Assembly (NCBI GenBank): GCA_002269645.1
Contig: NIVC01003635.1
Location: forward strand, 1-64,000
DNA length: 64,000 bases
Direction of reading: 5' to 3'
Origin: Macrostomum lignano
Taxonomy: Eukaryota
The translations under genes and the position numbers were made by a program. Position 1 is the first letter of the stretch. Each line of letters begins with the position of its first letter. The notes under the pieces were generated by a model. It had not been told where the DNA came from, did not search any database, and was given only the letters and a program-made list of their open reading frames with translations. Of the stretch, positions 11,643-24,499 are shown piece by piece.

Positions 11643-14600
11643 TCAGCTCATCAGATCAATTTGCACAGCCTCAATCGCTGCAGTCACGTGATCAGCGTCC
11701 AAAGAAGCAGCATCGTCAGCAACTTGCGCCAATCCGTCAGTCTCTGGCCAGCAGATGCGACAGACCATCGCTGATTGGCCGCGAGTCTGACCAATCAGCA
11801 ACGGGGGCAGCTGCCGCTGGCTCAATTGCACATCGCCATCAATAGCATCCGCAGCAGGGATATTGTCCGGCAATAACAGACGGAGACAAAGCGAACAGGC
11901 CAGCCTACCGCAGGCCAGACAGTTGGCCCGATGGGCAACCGCGTATCCGCACGGAGACAAGCACACGCCGCAGGCGTATCTATTAGCTGGCGTTTCGAAT
12001 TCCCACGCGTCGGTGCACAGTTGCAATAGACGACGCGAATCAGGGTCCTGCTGGTCCTGGGAGCCGGCGGAATTCGATCTGCAATAATAAAACATCAAAG
12101 AACTGCATAAAAACCAACTCTATAACCCTAACCTAAAACCATAAACTGGGACAAGAATAGCTGGTTTTTGTGGAAAAGCGTCAGCAGTGCTTATGTCATG
12201 GTTAAAGCTCTCATTGAACTGAACCCAGTTGCTTTGACGCAAAAGTTTAGGGGCAAAGTGCTTGAGCTGACCTCTCAGCAGCCGACTGTCTCTGCTGCAG
12301 CTTCAGCCAGCGCTCGTGATCCTCCAAGCAGGCGATGCGCTCAGCTGATTGAGCCAATCGACGCATCAGCGAGGCCTCGTCGTCGAGTTCATTGACTGCC
12401 AGGACTGTTGCAGAGGCCGGACTAGCTGCCGCCGGTTGCTGTTGTTCGTCGACATCAAGCACTATCAAGGATTCTGGCTGGCTCTGGTCGCTGTCAGGCG
12501 GGGCAGCGCGCAGCCAGGCGGGGCGCCGGCGCCACGGGTTCTGCAGCGCCAGCCAGGGTTTGATGAGGCAGCGGGGCATTGCGCCTAAGCGTAGGTAGGC
12601 AGCCGGCTCGGCGTCCCGGGTGTCGAACTCGCGACTTTCGGTTGACATTATAAATAGGGCAAGAATAGGACAAGAAGTCATGGGAAATTTTTTTACAAGG
12701 ACAAGGAGCCCCGGGAATCGTTTACAAGGACAACGAGTCACGGAGAATTGTTAACAAGGACAGGGAGTCACGGAGAATTGTTAACAAGGACAGGGAGTCG
12801 AGTCACGGAGAATTGTTAACAAGGACAGGGAGTCACGGAGAATTGTTAACAAGGACAGGGAGTCACGGGGAATTATTTGATAGGACAAGGAGTCACAGGG
12901 AATTGTTGAATAGGACAAGGAGTCACGGGGAATTGTTTACAAGGAGAGAGTCACAGGGAATTTTTTACAAGGACAAAGAGTCACGGGAAATTGTTTTCAA
13001 GGCCAGAGTCACGGTCACGGGGTATTGTTTACAAGGACAAGGAGTCAGAGGGAATTTTTTGCAAGGACAAGGAGTCAGAGGGAATTTTTTGCAAGGACAA
13101 AGAGTCACATTGAATTGTTTACAAGGACAAAGAGTGACAGGGAATTGCTTACAAGGACAAAGAGTGACAGGGAATTGCTTACAAGAACAAAGAGTGACAG
13201 GGAATTGCTTACAAGGACAAAGGGTCACGGGGAATCGTTTACAAAAGAGCCACTGTAGGTAAGCCAAGGCGCTTGAAAGGACATTTGAAGGTCATTAGAC
13301 AGTCCCCTCAGGCCCAACAACTCAAGCTACTTGAACTCACCAGTACATGGGATCGATAAACTGCGACCGCCTCTCCAAAGCCCGAGTCCAGAAGCAAGGC
13401 ATTGCCGGCCACTTATCGGCAAGTTCGCCAGCAACCTTCAATCGTTCCCGTTCGCAATTGCCTAGAAAAGTGCCATACCGATGGCAGCTGTAGGCGGCCT
13501 CAGCCAGCTCCAATAAATAGGCGTCGTTAAACTCAAATCGACTGGGAAATAATCGACGCAGCTGGTGAACGCAGTCAAGGAACTGAGTGAACACTGGCGA
13601 TGATTCGTCCGACCAGCCGTAGTGAGCGCATCTGTCAGCGAATTTGTGACCGAAACTAAGCCACTCCTTCTCTACTAGATCCTGCGGGTTGGAAGTTTGA
13701 GAATCCTTATTGAGTTGTATTTTTCCCAGAATCCTGATTCACAGAATTTCGAATCACAGAATCCTGATTCACAGAATCCTGACTCACAGAATCCTGATTT
13801 ACAGAATCCTGATTTACAGAATCCTGATTCACAGAATTTCGAATCACAGAATCCTGATTCACAGAATCCTGATTCACAAAGTCCTGATTCACAAAGTCCT
13901 GATTCACAGAATCCTGATTCACACAATACTGATTCACAGAATCCTGATTCACACAATACTGATTCACAGAATCCTGATTCACACAATACTGATTCACAGA
14001 ATCCTGATTCACACAATACTGATTCACAGAATCCTGATTCACATAATACTGATTCACAGAATCCTGATTCACGGAATCCCAATTTACAGTACCCTATTCA
14101 CGAAATACTGATTCACGGAATTCTATTTTACAAAATCCTGATTCACATAATCTTGATTTACAGAATCCTGATTCACAGAATCCCGATACACGGAATCCTG
14201 ATTCACAGAATCCTGATTCACGGAATCCCAATTCACAGTACCCTATTCACGAAATCCTGATTCACGGAATTCTATTTTACAGAATCCTGATTCACAGAAT
14301 CCTGATTCACAAAATCCCAATTCACAGTACCCTATTCACGAAATCCTGATTCACGGAATTCTATTTTACAGAATCCTGATTCACAGAATCCTGATTCACA
14401 GAATCCTGATTCACAGAATTTCGAATCACAGAATCCTGATTCACAGAATCCCGATTCACAGAATCCCGATTCACAGAATCCTGATTCACAGAATTCTGAT
14501 TTACAGAATCCTGATTCACAGAATCCTGATTCACAGAATCCTGATTCACACAATACTGATTCACAGAATCCTGATTCACAGAATCCTGATTCACAGAATC

Positions 14601-17600
14601 CTGATTCACAGAATCCTGATTCACAGAATCCTGATTCACAGAATCCTGATTCACAGAATCCTGATTCACAGAATCCTGATTCACAGAATCCTGATTCACA
14701 GAACCCTGATTCACAGAATTCTGATTCACAGAATCCTGATTCACAGAATTTCGAATCACAGAATCCTGATTCACAGAATCCCGATTCACAGAATCCTGAT
14801 TCACAGAATCCTGATTCACAGAATCCTGATTCACAGAATTCAGAATCCTGATTCACATAATACTGATTCACAGAGTCCAATTCACACAGAATACTGAATT
14901 GAAAAATTCCCTATTCACAATCAAACCTGAAATCCGTGCAGGGTTCGATAATGCGGATCGATGAGTAGCTGCGCCAGAGCAGCAGTTTGAGCAGTTCGAT
15001 CCCAACCGTCGGAGCAGTGAACCAGCACAGAGGCGCCTTCAATGAGCAGCTTGTCGGCAATGAACTGAGCAGCCAGCAGGATGGCCTGCAGATGCTTTGG
15101 CCAGCCAGATTTATTCAGCCGACTGGTCCAGGCGTGGGCGGTAACGCCTGAACTGTCGCCCTCCTGACAGGCCTGGGCCAGATGGCGCTGCGAGTCTCGC
15201 ATCACGTGGATGTTCTCGATTTGGCAGAACTTCACCTGTGGGATCGAAAGGGAGGGTGGGGGAAGATTTGCAAGTATAGCTTGACGCACGAAAGTTAGGG
15301 ATTAACTTCCAATTATAGCTGGGTGATCCGGGAGGCTGGCCCAGCAGCTGACGATCTGGGAGGCTGGCCCAGCAACTGAGGATTTGGGAGGCTGGCCCTG
15401 CAATTGAGGATCTGGGAGGCTGGCCCTGCAATTGAGGATCTGGGAGGCTGACACAGCAACTGACACTCTGGGAGGCTGGCCCAGCAACTGACACTCTGGG
15501 AGGCTGGCCCAGCAACTGACACTCTGGGAGGCTGGCCCAGCAACTGACACTCTGGGAGGCTGGCCCAGCAACTGACACTCTGGGAGGCTGGCCCAGCAAC
15601 TGGGGATCTAGGAGGCTGGCCCAGCAACTGGGGATCTGGGAGGCTGGCCCAGCAACTGACACTCTGACACTCTGGGAGGCTGGCCCAGCAACTGAGGACC
15701 TGGGAGGCTGGCCCAGCAACTGAGGACCTGGGAGGCTGGCCCAGCAACTGAGGATCTGGGAGGCTGGCCCAGCAACTGAGGACCTGGGAGGCTGGCCCAG
15801 CAACTGAGGATCTGGGAGGCTGGCCCAGCGACTGGCACTCTGGGAGGCTGTCCCAGCAACTTTAGGACCTAGAATTTTGATGCTGGCAGACGCAGGTTAT
15901 ATTTAGAAGCATAAACTTAAAAAGATAAGCAGAAAAAACCACCCACCTCAACATTCTTATAGTTGTCGGCCAGTTCGTATCCCTTGCCCATAGCCCGGTT
16001 GCCAATCGCATTGGCCATGGGCCGCGTGTCCACAATATAGAGGCGCTTAGCGTTGGCATTCGGGTTGGCATCGGATATGGCTTGGACCACGTGCTCATCG
16101 GACGAACTGCGAGCATTCAACCCGACCAGAGGCTGGCTGCACCTGCACAGTGCGGATTGGCGGGTCTCGTACAGGTAGGTGAGCACGGGTAGGCGACCGC
16201 GGCTGCGAAACTTGGCGCATTCCAGTAGCACCTGGAAGTGTGGGAGAAGCGTTTTCTTTGAAACTGCACTCTTATCAACTGTTTCTTAGTACTGTGTTAT
16301 TATGCTGTTTGAGGTGCTTTAAAGTAGTTTGGAAGTCTGAGTACAGTATTTGGGTAGAATGTTTGATATTATAGCTGAGTAGTCCAACAGTTGCTGAGTA
16401 GTGTTTTGGTAGGGCGGTTGGGTAGCTACTATAGTAGGCTGGGTAGTACTTGGGTAGAGTGGTTGAGTAGTGATTGGGTAGGGCCGTCGTCGGTTGAGTA
16501 GAGCATTTGAGTAGAGTGGTTGGGTAGAGTGGTTGGGTAGAGTGGTTGGGTAGTGCGGTTGGGTAGAGTGGTTGGGTAGATCGGTTGGGTAGAGCGGTTG
16601 GGTAGAGTGGTTTGGGTAGTGGTTAAGTAGAGCATTTGAGTAGACCGGTTGGGTAGAGTGGTTGGGTAGAACGGTTGGGTAGAGTGGTTGGGTAGAACGG
16701 TTGGGTAGATTGGTTGGGTAGAGCAGTTGGGTAGAGTGGTTGGGTAGAGCGGTTGGGTAGATTGGTTGAATAGAGTGGTTGGGTAGAGCATTTGAGTAGA
16801 GCGGTTGGGTAGATTGGTTGGGTAGATTGGTTGGGTAGTGGTTGAGTAGAGCGGTTGGGTAGATTGGTTGAATAGAGTGGTTGGGTAGAGCATTTGAGTA
16901 GAGCGGTTGGGTAGAGCATTTGAGTAGAGCGGTTGGGTAGATTGGTTGGGTAGAGTGGTTGGGTAGATTGGTTGAGTAGTGGTTGAGTATAGCGGTTGGG
17001 TAGATTGGTTGGGTAGATTGGTTGGGTAGAGCAGTTGGGTAGAGTGGTTTGGGTAGTGGTTAAGTAGAGCATTTGAGTAGAGCGGTTGGGTAGAGCGGCT
17101 GGGTAGATTGGTTGAATAGAGTGGTTGGGTAGAGCATTTGAGTAGAGCGGTTGGGTAGATTGGTTGGGTAGATTGGTTGAGTAGAGCGGTTGGGTAGATT
17201 GGTTGAATAGAGTGGTTGGGTAGAGCATTTGAGTAGAGTGGTTGGGTAGAGCATTTGAGTAGAGCGGTTGGGTAGAGCATTTGAGTAGAGCGGTTGGGTA
17301 GATTGGTTGGGTAGAGTGGTTGGGTAGATTGGTTGAGTAGTGGTTGAGTATAGCGGTTGGGTAGATTGATTGGGTAGATTGGCTGAATAGAGTGGTTGAA
17401 TAGAGCATTTGAGTAGAGCGGTTGGGTAGAGTGTTTGGGTAGATTGTTTGCGTAGAATGGGTGGGTAGATTGGTTGGGTAGAGTGGTCTGGGTAGAGTTG
17501 TTAAGTAAGAGCCGTTGGTTCGAGCGGATTGAGTAGAGAATTGGTAAGAGTCGCTAGATAGAATGGCGATTGTAAAGAAACTGCAGAAGCAAAGACTTAG

Positions 17601-18807
17601 TTAAGTATAATGACACAGTTAGCTCGCACAGTTTGGGCAGAGCCAGGCCGTACAAACCTGATCGGGTACCACAGCGGGCACATATAGCAGCCTGGGATAG
17701 GTGTCGCACACTGCATAATCTTCATTAGCGGTCCACAGGCGCCAATTGGGATTGTTAACAGCGCCTTGGCGAATGAATTCGGCCTCTAAACTGAATTTGT
17801 AGAGCAGGCCGCTGGGAGACGGTCCTTGAGTTGGAGCTTGAGTAGGAAAATTGTCTAGCAACTGTTGCAGACTGCCTGGCAGCAGGCGTTTCCGTTCGGA
17901 GGCAATCAACGCTGTGAGCTGGGCAGCCTGAATAAAAACAATAAAAGAAACAGACTAATTTGACACACTATTGAGTAGGTTAGAAGTGGATAAAGAGTTT
18001 GGCAGATTTATGAGAATGGATGTGAGATAGGGCATGAAGAGGGAGATGGGAAGAGTGGATGGGTGAGATGAAGAGGGAGATGGGAGAGTGGATGAAGAGG
18101 GAGATAGGAAAGTGGATGGTTGAGATGAAGAGGGAGATGGGAGAGTGGATGGTTGAGATGAAGGGGGAGATGGGATGGTTGAGATGAAGAGGGAGATGGG
18201 AGAGTGGATGGTTGAGATGAAGAGGGAGATGGGAGAGTGGATGGGTGAGATGAAGAGGGAGATGAGAGAATGGATGGTTGAGATGAAGAGGGAGATGGAA
18301 GACTAGATGGTTGAGATGAGGAAGGAGAGATGAGAGTTTATGTAAAGAGACGAGAACCTGACTCACCTGCTCAGCGCAGCGACCTCCCGGTACATCAAAG
18401 GCGAACACAGACTGCGACAGTTTCAATCGAACAGACAGTCCCACTCGAGCCTGCAGATTTCCTGCGGCGCCTGAGTTAGTCGTTGATGAAGCGGACGACA
18501 TCGAAGACGGGGATGGCGAGCCGACAACTGCGGCGGCGGCAGCGGAGGCCAGGGAAGTGGAACTAATAGACGATCCGGAGCCAACAGATCTGGCCAGTAA
18601 GTCAACTTCAAGCACCAATTGCAATGGGAAGGCCAAAAATTCTCCGGAGCCAGTGAAAACTAAGCGCATATCCGACTGGTTATAGAATAGCTGGCCATTG
18701 ACTGGGGGCTGGCCAGCTGGCAGGTAGTTGGCATCTTCAATTAGACAAGCTGCCGACTGCAGGCTGTGTTGTTTATTAGCTAACATTGATTGTTGTCTGG
18801 GCATCAT
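11643..18807 (-). CDS. MTMR6: Myotubularin-related phosphoinositide 3-phosphatase, MTMR6/7/8 group, with coiled coil and C-terminal FYVE-like finger; 7 exons, ~814 aa
   Basis: Exons 18807-18367, 17927-17658, 16231-15947, 15235-14927, 13681-13341, 12634-12272 and 12078-11643 are all GT-AG and in frame (2445 nt). Motifs: CDTYP, FRSRGRLPVLTYL, LYIVDTRP..NA..NRAMGKGYE, intact active site VLVHCSDGWDRTAQ, EKEWLSFGHKF, FPSRFEFN..YL and YGTFLGNCERER. The exon 6 acceptor (GAAAG) is the weakest junction. Confidence 0.9.
12665..13250. repeat. 30-bp minisatellite in MTMR intron 5
   Basis: Unit ACAAGGACAGGGAGTCACGGAGAATTGTTA and variants. Confidence 0.93.
13725..14890. repeat. 15-bp minisatellite filling MTMR intron 4
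   Basis: Unit GATTCACAGAATCCT, with higher-order variants. Confidence 0.95.
15330..15860. repeat. 28-bp minisatellite family A in MTMR intron 3 (~19 copies)
   Basis: Same unit and orientation as at 6562-6869. Confidence 0.95.
16400..17500. repeat. G-rich ~12-bp repeat array in MTMR intron 2
   Basis: GGTTGGGTAGA(GT/GC/TT) units interspersed with GAGCATTTGAGTA. Confidence 0.93.
18015..18330. repeat. 33-bp GA-rich minisatellite in MTMR intron 1
   Basis: Unit GAGTGGATGGTTGAGATGAAGAGGGAGATGGGA. Confidence 0.9.
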
Positions 18808-19452
18808 TTATTGACTGCAATGCGAAGTTTATCAAGTTCAAATCTATGTCCTTTTTAACAAAAGAAAATCAAAATCAATTTCTCCTATCTACTAACCTAA
18901 ACCCAAACCCAAATAGACATGTCATTGATCTACTCTATTGCTAAATTAATCATACAAGCATTATTTTTAATATCAGCAGTAGCAAGGGTTTTTACTCAGT
19001 TGGAATACTTTTGTTTTTTTTAGTTCTATTGTAGCTCTAGCTCTGGATATGGCTTGGTATTTATTGGATATATGGAGTTTTTGGCCACAATATACAGATA
19101 CAGAATACACTGTATGGTTAATGAGAATGTATATTAGCCACAATCAAGTAAATATTGGCCACTCAATAACTGAGACCTAAAAAGACTTTTTTGAAACTAT
19201 TGGAACCCTTGATTTCATGGGTGAGGGTGAAACAGTGGAAATGAATGAATTTTGCCTATTAAAAAACCCTTTGCAAAATAATAATAACATATATTATATA
19301 GTAATATATTTGATTGCACTTTGCCCTAATGGACTGATATGCAACCATCAGCTTAGCTGCAGCTAATATATGGCACATCTGAAGGCTGCATATATAGTTA
19401 TTAAATGCAAGGTCTGGGGGGTTGCTATTGCCCTTAATTACCTAAGCTAACA

Positions 19453-19511
19453 CTGGCACCCATTTTGTACCTGGATAAACTGAAGCAATGTAAAGTTAAG
19501 TGTCTTGCTCA
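19453..19511 (+). mobile_element. Possible SINE core fragment (Deu/Nin-domain-like)
   Basis: CTGGCACCCATTT..ACCTGG..AAGCAATGTAAAGTTAAGTGTCTTGCTCA resembles, from memory, the conserved central core of widespread metazoan SINEs. Not searched. Confidence 0.4.
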
Positions 19512-19822
19512 CCATTTTTGTTAAAGAAAGAAACACTTTAGTTCTTGGAGTTGAAGATTCAATTAATATAGATCTTTAATGCTATATGCACAATGTATAG
19601 CTGGGATAATGAGGGCTAATGTTAAGTTTAATATCAATGCAATCCAACCCATTCTTCTATCTTATCTTATTTCATAAATTATTATTTATTTCATAATCAA
19701 TGTTTACCTATACTAGTATAAGGCTTTTATAAGGCAAATAATTACTTTGGTGATAAGTTCCTCATATGACAAATAAAATTCAATAAATAACCATTTTAAT
19801 GATAGGACACATTTGATGATTT

Positions 19823-20668
19823 CAGTGTTGGGCACCAGTCCATTAATAAGCATAAATAAGCATTAATAAGTGTTAAGATTTTTCATTAATGTTAATGGAC
19901 TGCCATTAAGATTTTTTTGAACTAACAAATTAATGAATTCGCGGTAATAATTTTGTGAGTTAATGACTAATTCATTGTTAATGTTAATGACAATGTCAAT
20001 GACCAAAGATGCAAAGAATGAACAATAATATAAGTCTAAAGAGAAGTTACAATATTATAGATATATTTGAATTTACCTAAATACCTAATTAATCTCTTTG
20101 TTAATGATGATGATCATGCAAATGTAACAACTTCTTACTAATGAACTTTAATAATGAATTAAAATTGTGAACTGTATTGCATGAGCATCGATTGCTTTGA
20201 TTCATGTCTTTCCTAATATTTTGTAACTTTCTACTACAAGTATACCTGCTAATTCTAATGAAACAACCTTCCGATTTGTATTTTATTATTTAACTAATTA
20301 GCTTTCAAGTTTCAAATAAATAAGTTACTTCTTTTACCATATGTTTACTTTTAATAGTATTATATATACAAGTTTTTTAAATTATTATTTATTACTTTTT
20401 TAGCTTGTAAATTGCTTAGATTACCTGTGTTTTGCTCAAAAAAATGGAAAAGCAAAGACAGTATATTATGAAGTCTGTTTTGAAAAAAGTACAAGATTTC
20501 TGTATTTTCTATTTTAACTTTAATGGATTAATGCTTATTAATATCTATCAGTTAACTTTTAGTTGCCTTAACAAAATTAAGAGTTAAAAAGTTAAGATTT
20601 CTTGTTTTAATGCTAATGCTTTTGCCATTAATGGAAGTTAAGATTTTCATTAATGGTGCCCAACACTG
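19823..20668. mobile_element. Non-autonomous hAT-like MITE, 846 bp
   Basis: Perfect 15-bp TIR CAGTGTTGGGCACCA / TGGTGCCCAACACTG. The flanks GATGATTT / GATATTTT match at 6 of 8 positions (decayed 8-bp TSD). Subterminal CATTAAT repeats. Confidence 0.8.
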
Positions 20669-22385
20669 GATATTTTTTTTATTACTTTATTAACTAGGCC
20701 CTATTACGTTTCATAATATAATATTGAATGAAAAAAAATATTTAGGTAGCACCAATATTTTAGCCTGTAGGGGTTCCAGTGAGGTTTTTGAAGTTTTATT
20801 TTTTATAGTTTTTTTTACATTGTTGGATTGATCTTTGTGACCAAAATCCAAAATGGCCTCACATTTTAGATTTGGCAAAGGAGTAAACAAGTTATGCCAC
20901 ATTTACTATATATTTTTTTTGCAATTTCCTATTGAACTTTTGTATTACAATTTGTGACCTTTTTTTCAAAAAAATATATAATTTTTGCATTCTTTTGCCT
21001 ATTATTCTTTTTTCCCTAGACTAATTTCTAAAAGCTTGGTGTCATTTTTTTGCTTTCTTTTCATACTTATAGTTGAAAAGAAAGCAAAAGCTTTCTATTC
21101 ATACTTCATAGTTGGCGTCGCTGACCAGGCAAATGCCAGGGGTCGCTTGTTGGGATCATCTTGTGCTAGGGTCAAAAAAATCCAGCAACTTTCCAATGGA
21201 AGCCTCCATTGTTGACCCCCATACAACATAAATGAAGAATTTGCATCCACAACTGCATTGCCATCATCACATCTCAAAAATGTGAGCAGAAAGTTAGAAT
21301 TTTTTGTTTCTCATCTGAAAAATAGTTGCTAAATTCCATTCGTCTACTATAAGTAGACACAAATATATGTGCTAGGCGTGTTTCCTGTGCACTGAGAATC
21401 CCACTAAATGCCACCAAAAGCTGTCCCATGGCTCTTAATTATTGTTTTGCTAGCCGTACTAGCTGCCACCACAGTTGTTACAGGGGGGGGGGGTTCTTCC
21501 TTCTGAATAATCTCTCACTGCTGTTACCAAAGTTGTAATAAAGCTATTTCTTCTTAACAATTCTACTGGTTATTAATTGTCTTTCTACTGGTAGCGCATG
21601 TACTTCTATTGGTAGCATATGTACTTCTATTGTACTTTCTGGCCTGAGCGGTCTAATAGCACTGTCTATTCTATTCCTATACTCCTCTAAAGATATTCTT
21701 CTCTTAGTCCTGGGCATTCCCTGGATTAGAGGATCACAGCTTATGCTCCTTCTCTGCCCTGAGGCAATCTTCTCTCGTTATGAGGTGGTTCTCCTGCCCT
21801 GAGGCGAATTTACAATTTACTGCCCTGAGGCAGTTTCTCGCTTGTAGCAGTTTCTGATACTCCCAATTGGGGTTCTTATACTCTAAGAAATGATTAAGTC
21901 TTTAAGCGATTTCAATATTTAGAATGAACTAAGTTTGCTTATTAAAAGCCAACAGGCAGCAAATGAACACGACGAACGATTTATTTTTCCTGGCCCAATC
22001 TGGGCTCCTATTTATACTATAAATTGGTGTAATCTTAACAAAATAATGATTCCCAAAAATATTTTTACCGATCACAACATTTAAACAAAATATTTAGTTT
22101 TTGTGCAAATTTGAACAGAAGCTTTTCTAAGAAATACAGTATTCGTGCATAAAAATAGTTAGAACTTCTTAGGCACTATATCATATACCACAACAAAATA
22201 TAATTCTTTGACCTTGCAGAAAGCTTTTCTTGAAAGTGTCTCTCTTCCAGTCATTTAGAATCACATGATGTATACAAAAAAGCTATAAAATCCTTGTAGC
22301 TGCATCATTCCTTTGACTGCGGCAGATTTTTCATTTGGCAATGACAATTTATATGTATTGATGGAAAATTTATATCTTCCTTGCA

Positions 22386-22849
22386 GCCATAGTCGGGAAG
22401 GTGGCACAGTGTGCGCCGGAACTATTTTGATGGCTTTTGAGCACTGTGCGCCATGCACCATGAAGAAAAGATTTTGTGCGCCGCAGCGCGCCATGATAAG
22501 GTAAGTCTAAGGTAAGGTAAGGTAAGGTAAGGTATTTATTCTACCGTAAGGAATTTATGGTAGACAAATTTGAATGTCAATTTACGTAGTTTATATTGTG
22601 ATTTACGTAATTTACGTAATTTATGTAATTTACGTAATTTTATTTTACGAATTATAGAATTAGGCCTGACACTATATATTTTGCAAAGTAAAACGAAGTG
22701 TAACTATATATTTTTTCAGCGCCATGCGCCATGCGCGCCGCCAGAGCATTTCCAATTTTTCCTTGTACGCTGTGTGCGCCGTGTGTGCCAAAAAAGGGCC
22801 AATTTGCGCCGGAAAATTCACCAAAAACTGCCACCTTCCCAGCTATGGC
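22386..22849. mobile_element. MITE with ~21-bp TIRs, internal GCGCC motifs and (GGTAA)n
   Basis: GCCATAGTCGGGAAGGTGGCA at the left end pairs with TGCCACCTTCCCAGCTATGGC at the right end. TSD unclear. Confidence 0.7.
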
Positions 22850-24499
22850 CTTGTAGAAGGTGCTAAGGAGATACGGTTTTTTGCTTTTGGTAATTTGAAG
22901 CCCCTTATGAAATCCAACAGCTTTTCTAGGTAGCTCTTATAATAACGCAATGAAAGGAAAGAATAAAATTTTACATTGTCTATATAGGGGCATTAAGAAA
23001 AAAAATTCATCCTGATTTCCCCAAAATTCATCTTTTAGATCATTTTCTGTGTACAGTCAATGGCCATTTTGTTATATTCATTCATTTAAAAGCTCAAATT
23101 TCAATTTGTATTTCATACCTCCATTTTTCACGAAGGACACATTTCTGTTTTTTTTGTTTTTTTGCTTCAACTTTTGGTGCCTATAACTTCTATTGTAGGG
23201 CATATTACACATCATTTCAATACTCATAGGAAAGTATATTTTGTATACTTTCAGACATATATTTTGGATTTACTTACTTATATCATTTAGTGCCTCTTTG
23301 ATCCAATTTGCATAACACACATTTGTACATTTTTTTATTTTTGGGACACATTGTACAAAGCTCATTGGAACCCGCTATTTTAGGCCTACTTGTATCAAAA
23401 AAATCAAATTAACTATAATATGCCAAAATTACATTCCTTTCCTTATGTTCTAGGCAGTGCTCAAAAAGTCACAATCCTAAAAAAATACATTACCAAGAAT
23501 TGATTTAGTAGCCCTACTTCATTGTATCTGATATTTTAAAAGAAATTTAGGCCTAGTCCATAATTCATAGGCCCTAAAACATAAATTTGAATAGTATAGT
23601 GACCAAGGACAGTCATTAATAATAATAATAATAATAATAAACTTAGAATAAAAGTATAGGCCCTAAATTTTCCAAAAACTAGCATCTTTGTCCTAGACTT
23701 ATTATTTTCACTTAAGAGATAGGCCTATGCCTAAAAGCTTAAATTTAACAATTATTTTCCTTAATTCATGTTTCAAATGATTCAATTAAAATAAGAGCCT
23801 AGAGAATAAAACACAATTATTTTCTAAACAAACCATATAGTAGGTCCCCGTAGTGTTTAGTGAAAGTTTACTTTATACATGACAAATGAGTTTTCTGCCC
23901 CCACCTACCAAACACGGCTTACAGTCTACAATTATAACTTGGTGGCATAAATGAGGCTAGGCCTATTTAAATTCAAGAAAAAAATGTGTGCACTAGGCCT
24001 ACAACTTGGTCGCAGCAGAGGGATTGCAACAGGAACCACTGTCAAAGAAGGTAAAACAGTCAAAGAACTAAAATTCGTTTTTCTTGGAATTCGGATGTTC
24101 AAATTTTTAGTAGTTTACCGCGCCGGATTTAAATTGAAAATTAGGCTTTTCATATTTAGCCTACCAATTCCAAAACCATAATCGGTTTAGAGCTATTCAT
24201 ATTGCCTGTTTCGTTTTCTTTTTTGGGGAACAACTTATGGACCATAATCTAAAAGATTTTTCTGCAGCCGCATCTAGTCAAGACGCGACTAGCGACAAGG
24301 CAGTGTTCCAGAAGTCAGAACCGTGTTCTGGTTCTGGAATTTGGATTGAGAAATTCTCTCGATCTGTTGTCATGTTTCCATTGTAGCAGTAAAATATATT
24401 GGAAAATGTGAATTATTTATTTATTAATATTATCAGAGTCTTTTGTTATTTCCCGGAGGAAACAAAGTCAAAAGAAAAACCAGTTTACAAAGACTGACA

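Noticed and set aside
13675-14880. ESGFC / NQDSV / QNPDS repeat ORFs
   Set aside because: 15-bp array within MTMR intron 4; flanking exons splice in frame without it.
4994-18807. Functional lipid-metabolism cluster (FITM, FAM241B, MTMR)
   Set aside because: Adjacency of three membrane-related genes is not enough without conserved synteny or co-expression data.
21095-21277. AVVDANSSF / LVSDANYE, resembling a Harbinger transposase motif
   Set aside because: Too short and no other DDE motifs in register.
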